This document shows positions 14,051-27,130 of a stretch of 64,000 bases of DNA, in pieces (position 1 is the first letter of the stretch; every line of letters starts with the position of its first letter). The notes under the pieces were generated by a model that saw nothing but the letters and a program-made list of their open reading frames with translations, had not been told where the DNA came from and searched no databases. The DNA is from Octopus sinensis. Taxonomy: Eukaryota. Both the position numbers and the translations under genes were made by a program. Location of the stretch: contig NC_043012.1 of the NCBI RefSeq assembly GCF_006345805.1, positions 35,340,001 to 35,404,000 on the forward strand, given 5' to 3'.

Positions 14051-14388
14051 TGTTTCTGCCATTAGGCTACGGCCATGCTGGGGCACCGCCTTGAAGAATT
14101 TTAGCCGAACGAATTGAATCCAGTACCAAATACTTTTCAAACCTGGTACTTATTCTATCGGTTTCTTTTACCCGACCGCTAAGTAATGGGGACGTAAACA
14201 TATCAATACCGGTTTTGTCAAGCAGTGGAGGGGGGCAAATACGCACACACACACACACACACACACTTTTGTACGACGGGTTTGTCGGCCCGGGGCTATA
14301 ACAGAAGACAAGGAACCACGCAGCAGAACTGAACCTAGAACCATGTAGTAAGAAGCAAACATTTTGCCACACGCCCACGGCTGCACCT
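14051..14388 (-). mobile_element. SINE-B, near full length, internally deleted
   Basis: tRNA-like head, central microsatellite and tail all match the other copies. Confidence 0.85.
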
Positions 14389-15044
14389 ATATATATATAC
14401 ATACATACATACATACATACATACATACATACATACATACATACATACATACACGCGCAGACATGTCTAATATTTTGAAACACTCCTGAAAGAGATGAGG
14501 AGCGAACGTGCGACGCTAATTGTCCAGTTCCTGGAACCCTTTCGAAAGGACAATATGATACAAAGCAGAGCGTGGAATCGAAGAATTGGTAACCGAAAGG
14601 TGAGGGAACGGTAAGAAGAAGGGTAGAAGATGCTTAATCGGTGCCATAGATCGGCGAAGGTGATCGTTTTTTCAAGTCGTAATGCGCTCGCCACGTCAGC
14701 CATATGGAGAAGTTTGAGGAGATGGGAAAAAACCTGGATTTCACTTGTGACTTTATTTATGTAACAGAGCCTCTCACACACTCACTACCTACATAACGCA
14801 CACACACACACACACACACAGAGTCACTCTCTCTCTCTCTCTCTCGCCTTTGTCACTGTATCTGTCTGTCTGTCAGTCAGTTTGTCTCTGCCAGTCTGTC
14901 TGACGATCATTTATAATATATATATACACACACATATATATATATATATTATATATATATATATAATATATATATATAATACATATATATATACATATTA
15001 TATACCTACATATATTACATACATATACACATATATACATATAC

Positions 15045-15099
<55 letters not shown>

Positions 15100-15225
15100 A
15101 TATATGTATATATGTGTATGTATGTATATATATATACATATGTATAAATAAATATATATATATGTTATATATATATATACACCATATATATAATATACAC
15201 ATATATATATATATATATGTTATAT

Positions 15226-15636
15226 ATTCTTTTATTCTTTTAATTGTTTCAGTCATTTGACTGCGGCCACGCTGGAGCACCCCCTTTAGTCGAGCAAATC
15301 GACACCAGGACTTATTCTTTGTAAGCCTAGTACTTATTCTATCGGCATCTTTTGCCGAACCGTTAGGTTACGGGGACGTAAACACACCAGCATCGGTTGT
15401 CAAGCGAAAGTGGGGAGGGGTCAAATTCAGACACGCACGCACACACACACACACACACACACAACATATATATATATATATACGACGGGCTTCTTTCAGT
15501 TTCCGTCTACCAAATCCACTCACAAGGCTTTGGCCGGCCCGGGGCTATAGTAGAAAACACTTGCCCATGATGACACGCAGTGGGACTGAACCCGGGACTA
15601 TGTGGGTGGTAAGCAAGCTGCTTACCACACAACCAC
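15226..15636 (-). mobile_element. SINE-B, full length
   Basis: Head, ggatttggtagacggaaactgaaagaagcccgtcg domain, (TA)n(TG)n centre and tail are all present. Confidence 0.9.
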
Positions 15637-15813
15637 ACATATATATAATATAATATATATGTATATATATACATACATATTTGTGCATGTTCTCTTTCTC
15701 GTTCTCTATCTACCTACCTACCTACCTACCTACCTACCTACCTACCTACCTACCTACATACCTACCTACCTACCTACCTACATACCTACCTACCTACCTA
15801 CCTACCTACCTAC

Positions 15814-15847
<34 letters not shown>

Positions 15848-16799
15848 GTCTATCTCTTTCTCTTCCCCTCTCTCTCTATAGCTATCCTTCTAATTTCATT
15901 TCGTGTTGATCAAAATCCCTTGTGTGTGTGTGTGCGCGCGCGCGCGTGCGTGTGTGTGTGTGTATGTGTGTGTGTGTGTCTGTCTGTCTATGTGTATTTG
16001 TGTTCATCCACATGTGTTTGTTGTGTCTATGAGTGAGCCCAGAAGCTACAGGACTTGATGTGATGTGGCTTTAAATACCACTAAAGACATACCACTGTGC
16101 CCCAGGGCCCAGTCACTTTATTCCACCTACCCCCAGTCTACCCATTAGTCTGGATTGAGAGAGAGAGAAAGGAGAAGATGGGTGAGAGGGTGAGACTGGA
16201 TGAGTATGGCTTATGCGGTGAAGTTAATGTTCATCAGATTAGCGTACTATCCAGGGTAAACAAAGAGGCTATTCTCTGATCCATTTATAGTCGTGGATGT
16301 TTATGCTTTGTCAAATGGAGTTCCATGATTTCTAAGGAACAAGATTAAGTGCGTGTATATGTCAGTACATGTGTATGTATGGGTGTGTATGTATATATAT
16401 ATATATATGTAGGTATATATATATATATAGGTATATATATATAAATGTATGTATGTATGCATGCATGTGTGTATATGCATGTATGTATGTATATATGTAT
16501 GTATATGTGTGTATGTATGTATGTAAGTGTGTGTGGGGGATATATATGTATGTATGTGTGGATATATAGGCGTATGTGTATGCATGTATGGATTTATACA
16601 CATACACACGCGCGCGCGCACACCCCACACCCACACACACATATATACGAATCCCTTTCATTTCGCTTTTGCAACGAAAATTAGTACACACACACACACA
16701 CATACACATACACATATATATATTACACACACATACATTTACAAACGCTTGTTTTAATGTATGTGTTTGTGCGTATGCGTATGTGTAGATTCGGTTGCA

Positions 16800-16832
<33 letters not shown>

Positions 16833-17239
16833 GCGTGTGTACATATGTAGGTGTTTGAGTTTATTAGAAAAAACATTGATATCGATGTGGAAGTGAGATT
16901 AGATGGATAAGAATGATAACCTTCTCTTCACCTCCAGATGTGCAAGTGTGTGTGTGTGTGTATGGGGGGGAGAGTGACAGAGAGAGAGGGGGAGAGAGAG
17001 GAAAGGGGAGAAAGAAGGAAGGGAGAGCTGCCCAGGGACATAATTAGAGAGAGAGAGAAAGAAAGAAAGAAAGAAAGAAAGAGAATGATGGAAAGATATA
17101 GATAGGTAGACAAACGGATTAGATAGATGGATAGAGAGAGAGAGAGAAAGAAAGAGAGGAGGGAGAAATATCTCCATGGTAACTGTAACAACTGCCGTTG
17201 TATCTCTTTCACTCTCTTTCTCTCCCTCCCTCTCCCTCC

Positions 17240-17282
<43 letters not shown>

Positions 17283-18149
17283 TGCACAATTCCTTAGAGA
17301 TGTCCTCTGGAGAAGACAAAGTGTCACCTTAATTAGAGTGAGGTGTGGTGGTCACGTGGATAGGCGGTGGTGTAGGTAAACAAGTGTAACAACCTTCTTT
17401 CGTTACAGCAGACTTCGATCAAAGGCGTTCCAGCCATGCTTGCGTTTCATTTGTTTTCATACATGCATAGTATACCAAGGACTACACTCACTAAATGTAT
17501 CCTTCCATTCAAAAAGCAGAAGAATTTCATTTGAGGAAGTCTTTCTTTTTTTCTGGTTTGCTGATATTTCTAGCAAATCAAGTGATCCACATACACGCTT
17601 TTCTTTTGGCTTGTGATAACAACGACAACGGTTATGATGATGATGATGGTGGTGGTGGTGGTGGTAGTGGTGGTGGTGGTGTTGGTGGTGGTGGTGGGAA
17701 TGGTTGTGATGATGGTGGTGGATGTGGTGGTGGTGGTAGTGGAGATGCGGACGACGACGACGACGACGACGATTATGATGATGATGATGACAGTGATGGT
17801 CCCTTACTGTTTTCTTTTCCCTTTTCTCTTTCAGCTATTGAAATAGTCCTGGGGGTCAGCTTCAACAAATTTCACTCGGTTACAAGCGTTCCTCGGTTTC
17901 CATGGGACCTACGTTGTTGAGAGAGACTGTACGGAATCATGCGCCTTACTAAATACAGCAGCCAAAATGGCCCTCAAATTACATCCTCTTTTGTTTTTTA
18001 TGGTTCTCGACTCCCTACTGAGAAAATAAAAGACAGGATCGTAACGGGCGGAATGGTGAGTCCTGATCGAGTGAGGAAGAAAAAAAGGTGTTAGGTGGGG
18101 TGGGGTGAGGAGACGAATCAAGAATGGTGGTGGCCATTGACCTTCATTC

Positions 18150-18361
18150 ATGTTTCAGACATTGGGTTGCGGCCATGCTGGGGTACTGCCTTGAAAGGGG
18201 TTTTGTCGAGCAAAGCAACACCAGGACGTATTTTCTTCCTTTCTAGTTCTTATTCTATTCATCCCTTTAGCCGAACCGCTAAGTTGCGTAAACAAACCAA
18301 CACCGGTTGTCAAGCGGTGGGAGGGGAACAAACAGACACAAAGACGCGCGTGCACGGACGC

Positions 18362-18428
<67 letters not shown>

Positions 18429-18606
18429 TCACATACATACATACATACCACATACGCACAAACATTCACACACACACATATATTTCCATCTACTAAAGCT
18501 TTGGTTGGCTCATGGCTATAGTAGAAGACATCGCCCAAGGTACCAAGCAGTGGAATTGAACCTGGAACCATCTTGTTGCAAAGCTAGCTTCTTAACCACG
18601 CAGCCG
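18150..18606 (-). mobile_element. SINE-B
   Basis: Homology to the other copies, with an expanded (CA)n centre. Confidence 0.85.
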
Positions 18607-18820
18607 TAGCAATGAAAGTGTCAAAGCTCGGATAAAATGTTGTTGGTCTGTTATGCTTACTGGTCGTAGGTTCGCGCCTGCCTCCAGCGGGTGCTCCTAA
18701 CAAGAGGCTTTATTTTCCTTCAGTTCATTAATTAAAATGAAATATTAGTTTAGCTCCAGGCCAGTCCAACCGTGACCTTCCGATATGTTTTAAACGTACA
18801 TAGGGACCTAGGACAGGTGA

Positions 18821-18955
18821 AGGTGCGGCTGTGTCATAAAAACTTTGCTCCCAACTACATGGTTCTGGGTTCAGTCCCACTGCATGGCACCTTGGGCGTT
18901 TTCTACTATAGCCTTGTGAGAGGATTTGGTAGACGGAAACTGAAAGAAACCCAGC

Positions 18956-18991
<36 letters not shown>

Positions 18992-19160
18992 CTTTGTGCC
19001 TGTGTTTGTCTCCCAGCACCTCATGACAACCGGTGTTGGTGTGTTTGCATTCCAGTAATGAGCGGTTCGACAAAAGCGACGGATAGAATAAGTGCCTGAG
19101 TTTAAAAAAATTCTTCAAGGTGGTACCCCAGCATGGCCACAGTCTAATGACTGCAACAAT
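18821..19160 (+). mobile_element. SINE-B (degenerate)
   Basis: Head ggttctgggttcagtcccactgcatggcaccttgggc, centre and tail present. Confidence 0.85.
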
Positions 19161-19162
19161 TC

Positions 19163-19375
19163 GAGAGCTGGCAGAATCGTTACCGCATCGGACAAAATGC
19201 TTAGCGCCATTTCTTCTGGCTTTACGTTCTGAGTTCAAATTCTGTCGAAGTCGACTTTCCCTTTCATCCTTTCGGGGTTGTTAAAATATGTACCCATCAC
19301 GCGCAGGGGCCGATATAACCGACTGGCCCTTCTCACCGAGATTTCGCACCTTGTGCCTATAGCAGTAGGAATTAT
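19163..19375 (+). mobile_element. SINE-A (degenerate)
   Basis: gagctggcagaatcgtta...gttctgagttcaaattc...cctttcatcctttcgggg. Confidence 0.85.
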
Positions 19376-19440
19376 TGGCGTTACTTTAATCTGCTCTTTA
19401 CCGCAGTATCCGTAGATTATGCTGTGAAATAACCTGATCT

Positions 19441-19500
19441 GGATTAGGATTAAGGTTAGGGTTGAGTTTAGGGTTTAGGGTTCGCGTAAAGGTTAAGGTT
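19441..19500 (+). repeat. Degenerate TTAGGG-like interstitial repeat
   Basis: ggattaggattaaggttagggttgagtttagggtttagggtt...ggttaaggtt. Confidence 0.5.
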
Positions 19501-19655
19501 ACAGGACACGCTAGCATGTAATCAGGGCTGGATTAAGATCCATAGAGGCCGTAAGCACTTAAAATATTTTGGTACCCCCATGTATATGTAATTCAAAGTA
19601 TACACAATAATTAACCATAAAATAAATTTTTATTTTTCAAAATGAAACAAAACAA

Positions 19656-20080
19656 GGCGCAGGAGTGGCTGTGTGGTAAGTAGCTTGCTTACCAACCACA
19701 TGGTTCCGGGTTCAGTCCCACTGCGTGGCACCTTGGGCAAGTGTCTTCTACTATAGCGTCGGATCGACCAAAGCCTTGTGAGTGGATTTGGTAGACGGAA
19801 ACTGAAAGAAGCCCGTCGTATATATGTATATGTATATATATATATGCATGTGTGTTTGTTTGTGTGTCTGTGTTTGTCCCCCTAGCATTGCTTGACAACC
19901 GATGCTGGTATGTTTATGTCCCCGTCACTTAGCGATTCGGCAAAAGAGACTGATAGAATAAGTACTGGGCTTACAAAGAATAAGTCCCTAGGTCGAGTAG
20001 CGCGATTGAAGGCGGTGCTCCAGCATGGCCGCAGTCAAATGACTGAAACAAGTAAAAGAGTAAAGAGTAAAAGAGTAAAA
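19656..20080 (+). mobile_element. SINE-B, full-length reference-like copy
   Basis: tRNA-like head with A-box (tggctgtgtggt) and B-box (ggttcagtccc); caccttgggcaagtg segment; (TA)/(TG) centre; tail ending in tandem (taaaagag)n, typical of LINE-mobilised 3' ends. Confidence 0.92.
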
Positions 20081-20201
20081 CTAGGTGTAAGATGGGAAAT
20101 AATGTTTATTTTTGTCTACTTCCACTTTATTTATATCTGAAAAGTTTTCTCCTACTTTTTGGAATTGCAAAGTCTTTGATCAGATCCTCACCACGACACT
20201 A

Positions 20202-20423
20202 TACTCTTTACTCTTTTACTTGTTTCAGTCATTTGACTGCGGCCATGCTGGAGCACCGCCTTTAATCGAGCAACTCGACTCCGGGACTTATTCATTTGTA
20301 AGCCCAGTACTTATTCTATCGGTCTCTTTTGCCGAACCGCTAAGTAACGGGGACATAAATACACCAGCATCGGTTGTCAAGCAATGCTAGGGGGACAAAC
20401 ACAGACACACAAACACACACACA

Positions 20424-20468
<45 letters not shown>

Positions 20469-20637
20469 TATATACGACGTGCTTCTTTCAATTTCCGTCT
20501 ACCAAATCCACTCATAAGGCTTTGGTCGGCCCGAGGCTATAGTTGAAGACAATTGCCCAAGGTGCCACGCAGTGGGACTGAACCCGGAACCATGTGGTTG
20601 GTAAACAAGCTACTTACCACACAGCCACTCCTGCGCC
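20202..20637 (-). mobile_element. SINE-B, full length, inverted relative to 19656-20080
   Basis: Reverse complement of the preceding copy with high identity. Confidence 0.92.
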
Positions 20638-20825
20638 TTTCTATGAACACTTTGAAATTATATTTCCGATCATATAATCTACTTTGAATATTATTTCAAT
20701 AAGCTTAAAGTGATTTCTTTTGTGCCGTAAACCATTTACCATTTCTGAAGTGCCCCCCCCCCCTTCTTCTCTCGGCGCCCTAAGCACATGCTTATTTTGC
20801 TTAATGGTTAATCCAGCACTGCATG

Positions 20826-21173
20826 TAATGGTTCTCAACCGGGGTCCGTAAGGAACTTTGGGGTCCTTATAAGATTTCTCGGGATCCACGCAACAAAAGA
20901 GTAAATTGAGGATCCACAATAGTCTTTTTAAAGACCCCTGAAAAGGTTTTGTTTTATTTGTATGCATTGGTTATGCATTGCAGGAAACTGGTTTCTTTCT
21001 CTAACATTTTACAGAGTTCAACCAACCTACACAAGTTAACACGTGAAAAGCAATATAGGGATTTTGAAAGAAGTTTCTAGAAAACTAGTTTTTAAGCATA
21101 AAATGGCCAGCGTGGGGGGGGGGGCAGAATAATAGGGGACCATAGATAAAAAAAAAAGGGTTTAGAACCTCTA
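20826..21173. mobile_element. hAT (Charlie-like) MITE
   Basis: Degenerate TIRs taatggttctcaacc / ggtttagaacctcta resemble CAGTGGTTCTCAACC; related to the element at 43016-43264. No clear 8 bp TSD. Confidence 0.65.
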
Positions 21174-21381
21174 ATGTCAGCTTATCCGGATACTAAAGTG
21201 GCACCGAATTATTATCAAATAATAATTATTATCAAAGACAGTAGATATGATTTGAGGGTGATTTGCCTGCTATAGCTTGCAGATCGGGTGACCACGTAGA
21301 GGTTACCTCTCCGTGGTTCCACTTGTTGAGTGCATCTGTAGTGTGGTGGTGGTGGTGACAGTATGTGTGCGTGTGTAAAGC

Positions 21382-21555
21382 GGCGAGCTGGCAGAAACGT
21401 TTCAAATTCCACCGAGGTCAACTTTGCCTTTTATCTTTTCGGGGCGGGTGGGGGGGGGCGATAAATTAAGTACCAGTTGCGTACTGGGTCGATCTAATCG
21501 ACTGAACCCCCTTCCCCGCCAAAAAATATTTCGGGCCTTGTGCCTAGAATAGAAA
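21382..21555 (+). mobile_element. SINE-A with internal deletion
   Basis: Head ggcgagctggcagaaacgtt is joined directly to tcaaattccaccgagg. Confidence 0.8.
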
Positions 21556-22569
21556 AGAATATGTGTGCGTGTGTGATGCGTGTCTATGATGTTGTTTCTA
21601 CTGGTGATGGTGGCTGTGGCGACGGTGGTGGCAGTGCGCGCACGCGTATGTAGAGTCACCACAAATAACGCAAACCTCACCACCGCCGCCGCCATCGCCA
21701 GTCTCGCCCTATTTATTCTGTTCAATGTTTTTAATAACTTCTAAATCCCCAGATATTTAGAGATGTTAAGATATCAATATGGCGGCGGAGTCGGCAGTAT
21801 TGGTTGTGGTGGTGGTGGTGGTGGTGGGGGTGGGGTCTTCATTATTTTAGAATGTCAGATGATGGTGGTGGAGGTGGCGGCGGCGGCGGTGGTGGTGGAT
21901 TTGTAGAATAGGAGGAAGAGAGGAAGAGAGGGAGAGAGAGAGAGAGATAAGGCGGCGGCGGAGGGTGGAGAAGTTCCTAACGAGAAACACTTGTCAAATT
22001 GAACACATTCTTATTTATAACAACATCAGTAACAGCCACAACAACAACAACAACAATCATGCTATCATCTGTGACACTGCCACAACACACACATGTACGC
22101 ACACACACATACACACACTCACATTCCAACAACTACATACAAACATCACCAACAACAACAGGAGCAAGCGCCGACACTATCACCACCATTACAACCACCA
22201 TTACCACCACACCACCACTACCACCACCACCATTACCACCACTACCACCACTACTACCACCACCATTACCACCACCAAGACCCTATAAAGTCCACTTTAT
22301 ACATCGCGTCGTCCTTCCCACACCCCCAGCCCATCATCAACTAACAAAAGACACCAAAGCACATATTTCTCACCACCACCCACAGGCTAAGGAACGGCCA
22401 CACCCTTGGGCCACCTACACATAAAGAAATGCTCAGTGTAAAATGAGAAGTCAGCTGGACAAGTAAGGGAAGGGCACGGTTTTAGCAAAATGGCAAATTT
22501 AGGGACCCAGACTCAAACCATGACATGGGACAATCACCCTCCTTTTATCTGTTTTTGTTTTTAGGTTTT

Positions 22570-23036
22570 TGTTGTTACTTGGACTGCGGCCATGCGGGGG
22601 CACCGACCTGAAAAGGTTTGGGAAACAAATTCACCCTCAGTAGTGTTCTTTTCTATCGGTTTAGGTTCGCTTTGCCGAACTGCACGTTCTGGGGACGTAA
22701 ACAAACCAGCACTGGTTGTCAAGAGGTGTTGGGCCACAAACACGAGCACAAAGACCATATGCATGCACACACGAAACAGGCTTCCCACAGTTTCCGTGTA
22801 TAAGATTCTTCTACAAAGCATTAGTCGATTGAATTTACTATGAGTGTGTGTGTGGATGGGGGATGTCTTTGTGTTCGGTGTTGGTGTGTTTATGTCCTCG
22901 TAATTTAGCAGTACAGCAAAAGAGAAGCGATTGAAATAAAAGTACCGCGGTCGATTCATTTGACTAAAAATTATTCAAGGCGGTGCCCCAGCATGGCTGC
23001 AGTCTAATGACTGAAAGAAGTCAAATAAAAATAAAA
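22570..23036. mobile_element. Two partial SINE-B copies in opposite orientation
   Basis: Minus-strand tail and centre at ~22570-22830; plus-strand tail at ~22870-23036. Confidence 0.7.
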
Positions 23037-23164
23037 AACACAAGTTATATATATGTGTGTATATATGTGTGTGTACACACACACACACATTTATATAGGC
23101 CTCCACGTAGTTCTTTTCCATCTACAGACACTTCTTTTTCCTTTTTGTTTTTTCTACTCTACGT

Positions 23165-23578
23165 ACAAGGCCCGAAATTTTGGGGGAAGGGACCAGTCAA
23201 TTAGATCGACCCCCAATGCGTGACTAGTACTTATTTAATCGACCCCGAAAGGATAAAAGGCAAAGTCGACCTCAACGGAATTTGAACTCAGAACGCAGCG
23301 GCAGACGAAATACCTCTAAGCATTTCACTTGGCGTGCTAACGTTTCTTATTTCTTTATTGCCCAAAAGGGGCTCAACACAGAAGGGACAAACAAGGACAG
23401 ACAAAGGGAATAAGTCGATTGTATCGACCCCAGTGCATAACTGGTACTTATTTAATTGACCCCGAAAAGATGAAAGGCAAAGTCGACCTCGGCGGAATTT
23501 GAACTCAAAACGTAGCGGCAGACGAAATACGGCTACGCATTTTGCCCGGCGTGCTAACCATTCTGCCAGCTCGCCGCC
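23165..23578 (-). mobile_element. Composite SINE-A: full A2-tail copy joined to a headless A1-tail copy
   Basis: Full head, core and A2 tail at 23348-23578, then a second core starting at aaacgttagc at 23165-23347. Confidence 0.88.
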
Positions 23579-24620
23579 TTGTCCATCGGCAGACTCTATC
23601 GTTAAGAAACGAAACCGTCCGCTTCTCTCCCTCCACCACAGCACAGCCAAATAAATCCAAATAAGTCGTGATGTTTGTTGCATTGGTAGGAACATTGTTA
23701 ACTCATTATAGTCTGTGGCAGCGGCGGCGGCGGTGGTGGTGGTGGTGGTGGTGGTGGTGGTGGGGGATTACTTGAAACACAGCAACTGTGTAATCTGCTG
23801 TAAAATAAGAACTCTTCTGGTCGGGTTGTGTGGGAGGGACGAGGAAAGAGAAGGGAGACGAACAGACATACATAAATACACACACACACACTACATACAT
23901 ACATACATACATACATACATACATACATACATACATACATGCATGCATACATACATACATACATACATACATACATACATACATACATACATACATACAT
24001 ACATACATACATACATACACATATGCATGCATACATACACATACAATATATATACCTATATCTATATATGTGTGTGCGTGCGCACTTGTGTCTGTGTGTG
24101 TGTGTGTGTGTGTATGCATGCATGCAGTATGTATGTATGTATATATGTAAAGGCGGTGCTCCAGCATGGCCACTGTCAGATGACTGAAACAAGTAAAAGA
24201 GTAAAAGAGTTATGTGTCTATGTACAAAGATAGAAATAGAAAAAGAAGTGGGGATAAAGAGAGAGAAAGGGTAAAAGAACTATAATAGAGAGAAAGAGAG
24301 AGAGAGAGAGGGAGAGAGAGAGAGAGAGCGACAGACAAACAGACAGACATGGAAAACGGACGAAAGATAAAATGGCTAAAAAAAATGACAGACGTTGGCA
24401 ACGCGATTGACAGATATGATGAAACACTGATATTGACTGAGGGAGATAAAATGGATCACGTGAGGAAAGGGAATGAGCAGACGACATACGCGATTAAGAA
24501 AATGTATTTTTACTCTTTTGTACTTGTTGATGGCGTTTTGTTGTTTATTTCTATGTTATGTCAATTGTACACAATGTAGTTTCATGATGATAATGATGGT
24601 ATATATATATATATATATAT

Positions 24621-24890
24621 AAACAATTGCTGCGTGGAAGGTGTTTATAAGCCATTTAAGAACCGTTAGATCCACTTCAACATTTAAATTTATTTTGTCA
24701 AAATATTTTCGTCGTTTTGAGACCGCGACCAGTTCACTGACAAAACTTATTTTGGCAAATTAAATTTAAATGTTGAAGTGAATCTAACGGTTCTTAAATG
24801 GTTTATAAACACCTTCCACGCTGCAATTGTTTTCGTTCCAGCACACGATCTCAGATCAAGTCACTCGCTATTCAAGCACATCTCCGTAAA
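24621..24890. mobile_element. (TA)n-embedded fold-back element with ~85 bp inverted arms
   Basis: Arms 24621-24705 and 24748-24832 are near-perfect inverted repeats (3 mismatches in the outer 72 bp). (TA)n lies on both sides. Confidence 0.8.
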
Positions 24891-24895
24891 ATATA

Positions 24896-24965
<70 letters not shown>

Positions 24966-25159
24966 TCTTATCGCCAGGCCTAGCTTAGAGCAAGCACTGG
25001 TGAAGACCATAATATGTTGCGTATCTTGTTGTATACGAGTAAAGAACTCGCAGACATCTGCGTGGAAAACATTTCTTAGCAATGAGGACATGACTTTTGA
25101 GTGTTTGCTGAGCGCCTTATGTGGAAAAGTTTCTTAGCTGTACGAAACCTGACACACAT

Positions 25160-26225
25160 ACCATATGGACACTCACTAAAAGCCATTGCAAACATCATTG
25201 TAAAATACTGTTGTCTCCTATCAGCCTGCATCAGGAGTGCCATGTAGGGAACTAGATATCCGAGTGCATAGTCAGAAGCTTCAAGTTTGTGTATCTTGGC
25301 AACACCCTTAGTGTACCATGCAGCCTTGACAATGATATCTCGTTAAGAATCGGCAAAGACAGTGATGCTTTCAGAAAGTTAGAATAGTACCTCTGGTCTC
25401 AAAGTGGTTTGTCTGCTGATACTGAAGTGAAGTTTATATAACATGTCTGTTATCCCCCCCCCCTGTTGTACGCTTGTGGGACGTGGCTAACCCACCGAGA
25501 GCATCTAAAACAGCTGGAGCGCTTCCACCAGCAATATCTACATCGTATTTTGAGCCTGCATTGGAAAATACAGTCGAAGTATTGAGTCAACCATTTTGCA
25601 AGATCGACTCCGATGGGTGATCATTTAGTGAGGACTGCATGACTCCGAAGCAGCTACTGTATGGTGAGCTGAGGATTGGAAAGCGTCGACTTCATTAAGC
25701 TAAGCCGAGGTTCAAAGATTGCATAAAAACATCTCGGAGAAAGATTGGGAATTGCAACTGGTCAGGCAAGATGGAGGAAAGCAGTATATGACGGAAGTGA
25801 GAACTTCGAAATATCTCGAAGAAGTCACGAAAAGTTGAAGACGGGTGCTAGAAAAGGGTGTGGACGTGATAGTTCCAGGAAATATCAGGCTGCGAGCTGG
25901 CAGAAACGTTAGCACGCCGGGCGAAATGCGTAGCCGTATTTCGTCTGCCGTTACGTTGTGAGTTCAAATTCCGCCGAGGTCGACTTTGCCTTTCATCCTT
26001 TCGGGGTCGATAAATTAAGTACCATTTACGCACTGGGGTCGATGTAATCGACTTAATCCGTTTGTCTGTCCTTGTTTGTCCCCTGTATGTTTAGCCCCTT
26101 GTGGGTAATAAAGAAACAGATATTTCCAGGAAAAGTGGTTGACCAGAGCGAACTGATATTCGATAAATGTAGTAGAGTCTGCTTCGGCAGAGCCGGACAG
26201 CAAATTCACAAAAGCAGTCATGTTT
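25160..26225 (+). mobile_element. RTE-clade LINE, decayed 3' part of ORF (RT C-terminus and terminal zinc knuckle)
   Basis: Frame-shifted translations NTVVSYQPASG.., FVYLGNTLS...LDNDISLRIGKDSDAFRKL, LLYACGTW...HLKQLERFHQQYLHRILSLHW, RLRW, PKQLLYGEL...KPRFKDCIK and CSRVCFGRAG...H match my recollection of RTE motifs (YLGS..RI.KAS.AF..L; LLYG.E.W; LRW.GH; PKQLLYGEL). Confidence 0.9.
25883..26118 (+). mobile_element. Full SINE-A (A2 tail) inserted in the RTE LINE
   Basis: 15 bp TSD gatagttccaggaaa (25868-25882) / gatatttccaggaaa (26119-26133). Confidence 0.92.
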
Positions 26226-26512
26226 AGAGGGTTGACTTGGATTGCGCCATAACACAGCACAACGACAATGCCATGAATATGGCAAGGTTTGCCTATCAGT
26301 TGGGGGGTTGGTGGGGTTGAAACGACACTAGAAAGGGCACGGTGACCAACAAATGGGTCTTGTTGTTGTTGTCGGTGGAAACCAGGTATGTAACATCGGT
26401 GCCAAAGAGTATGGGTCAATTGCCGGCCAGAACAATCACACCCTTCCAATTCACGCATAAGACCCATTCTGAAATGCTTCAAGCGATGGTTATACCTGAC
26501 AACAAGAAAGCA

Positions 26513-26519
<7 letters not shown>

Positions 26520-26562
<43 letters not shown>

Positions 26563-26948
26563 GATGTGTGCATATATGAGTGTGTGTGCGTATATATATA
26601 TATATATATATATGTACGTATGTATGTATGTATGTATGTATGTATGTATGTATGTATGTATGTATGTATTCTCAATGTATAGAGAAGCCCATTGGATTAC
26701 TGTGAAACTGCCTTTATTATAACTAAATATAAAAAGGAGCATTTATATATATATATATATATATAATATATATATGTGTGTGGTGTGTGTGGATGTGTGC
26801 ATATATGAGTGTGTGTGCGTATATATATATATATATATATATGTACGTATGTATTATGTATGTATGTATGTATGTATTCTCAATGTATAGAGAAGCCCAT
26901 TGGATTACTGTGAAACTGCCTTTATTATAACTAAATATAAAAAGGAGC

Positions 26949-26989
<41 letters not shown>

Positions 26990-26990
26990 G
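26520..26990. repeat. Tandem duplication of a ~210-230 bp segment
   Basis: The unique core ctcaatgtatagagaagcccattgg...aaaggagcattt is identical at 26671 and 26879. Confidence 0.9.
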
Positions 26991-27130
26991 TGTGTGTGTG
27001 TGTGTGTATGTATGTATATATGTTATGGAGAAGAAATAAAAAGAGAACAGAAGAAGAAGAAGAAGTGTGATCATTGTTAAGGGAGCTGTGTAAAGATTCC
27101 ATAAATCTAACGCATGCATGTATGTGTATA

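Noticed and set aside
19656-19735. tRNA gene
   Set aside because: It is the tRNA-derived head of SINE-B, continuous with the SINE body and lacking a proper cloverleaf.
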